A stretch of DNA of 64,000 nucleotides from Escherichia phage vB_EcoM_ULIM9. The stretch lies in sequence record OQ850288, one strand, 5' to 3'. A program made the translations under genes and the position numbers. Every line of letters begins with the position of its first letter. The stretch's first letter is position 1. This document shows, piece by piece, positions 63,735 to 64,000 of the stretch. Under the pieces are notes generated by a model. That model was given only the letters and a program-made list of their open reading frames with translations. It did not search any database and was not told the origin of the DNA.

Positions 63735-63740
63735 TAATTA
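63701..63740 (-). repeat. type A cassette, partial copy (no hairpin)
   Basis: CTCCTAGTTTAAGGGTTTTATTTTGACAG; only the RBS-proximal part is retained. Confidence 0.5.
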
Positions 63741-63878
63741 AGACATCAAAGATTATATCATTATCTGCTACAGTTGCAACACCAGTGATATAATCAATTT
63801 CTAGGATAACAACAACTTTCGTACATAAACCGTCATCTATATCATTCCAGACAACTTTATCACCTGCACAAAACATTT
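63741..63878 (-). CDS. small ORF (about 45 aa) below track cutoff
   Basis: Hand translation MFCAGDKVVWNDIDDGLCTKVVV...; preceded by a full type A cassette at 63886. Confidence 0.3.
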
Positions 63879-63885
63879 TCAGAAT

Positions 63886-63972
63886 CTCCAGTTTAGGACT
63901 TTATTTAGTGGGGAAGGTCATTCCCTCCCCGTTGATGTGTAATTTAATCTATCTAAAAACCAGTGTCAACAG
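63886..63972 (-). repeat. type A upstream cassette, copy 6 (extended)
   Basis: Same as copy 5. Confidence 0.65.
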
Positions 63973-64000
63973 TTTTGTTTTCGTTTGCTCAATTCTTGAA

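Overview
This window reads as a contiguous segment of a lytic, tRNA-rich myovirus genome with low GC content; no integrase, rRNA or CRISPR array was found. Gene content and order resemble Felix O1-like (Ounavirinae-type) phages, but that attribution is from memory, not a search. Layout: (1) 1-10.4 kb, minus-strand replication and nucleotide-metabolism genes (partial nrdA, 5'-3' exonuclease, primase-helicase, dNMP kinase, HNH and GIY-YIG nucleases); (2) 10.6-19.7 kb, plus-strand genes (family A DNA polymerase, HNH endonuclease, ATP-dependent DNA ligase, DHFR, thymidylate synthase); (3) 19.7-43.4 kb, minus-strand late module (two His-rich tail fibers, baseplate, tape measure, frameshifted tail chaperone, tube, sheath, neck, capsid, protease, portal, large terminase); (4) 43.6-48.3 kb, a minus-strand array of about 24 tRNA or tRNA-like genes with two embedded CDSs and ORF-free structured spacers; (5) 48.5-50.3 kb, a vWA-domain protein; (6) 50.5-58.2 kb, plus-strand small genes including an endolysin; (7) 58.2-59.8 kb, an ORF-free, strand-skewed repeat-rich region between convergent terminators; (8) 59.9-64 kb, small minus-strand genes each preceded by a conserved promoter/stem-loop/RBS-like cassette. 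The most interesting candidates are the repeated regulatory cassettes, the 1.6 kb non-coding repeat region, and the irregular tRNA array with its adjacent vWA protein. All product calls rest on motifs read by eye from the translations and on gene order; tRNA anticodons were folded by hand and are tentative.
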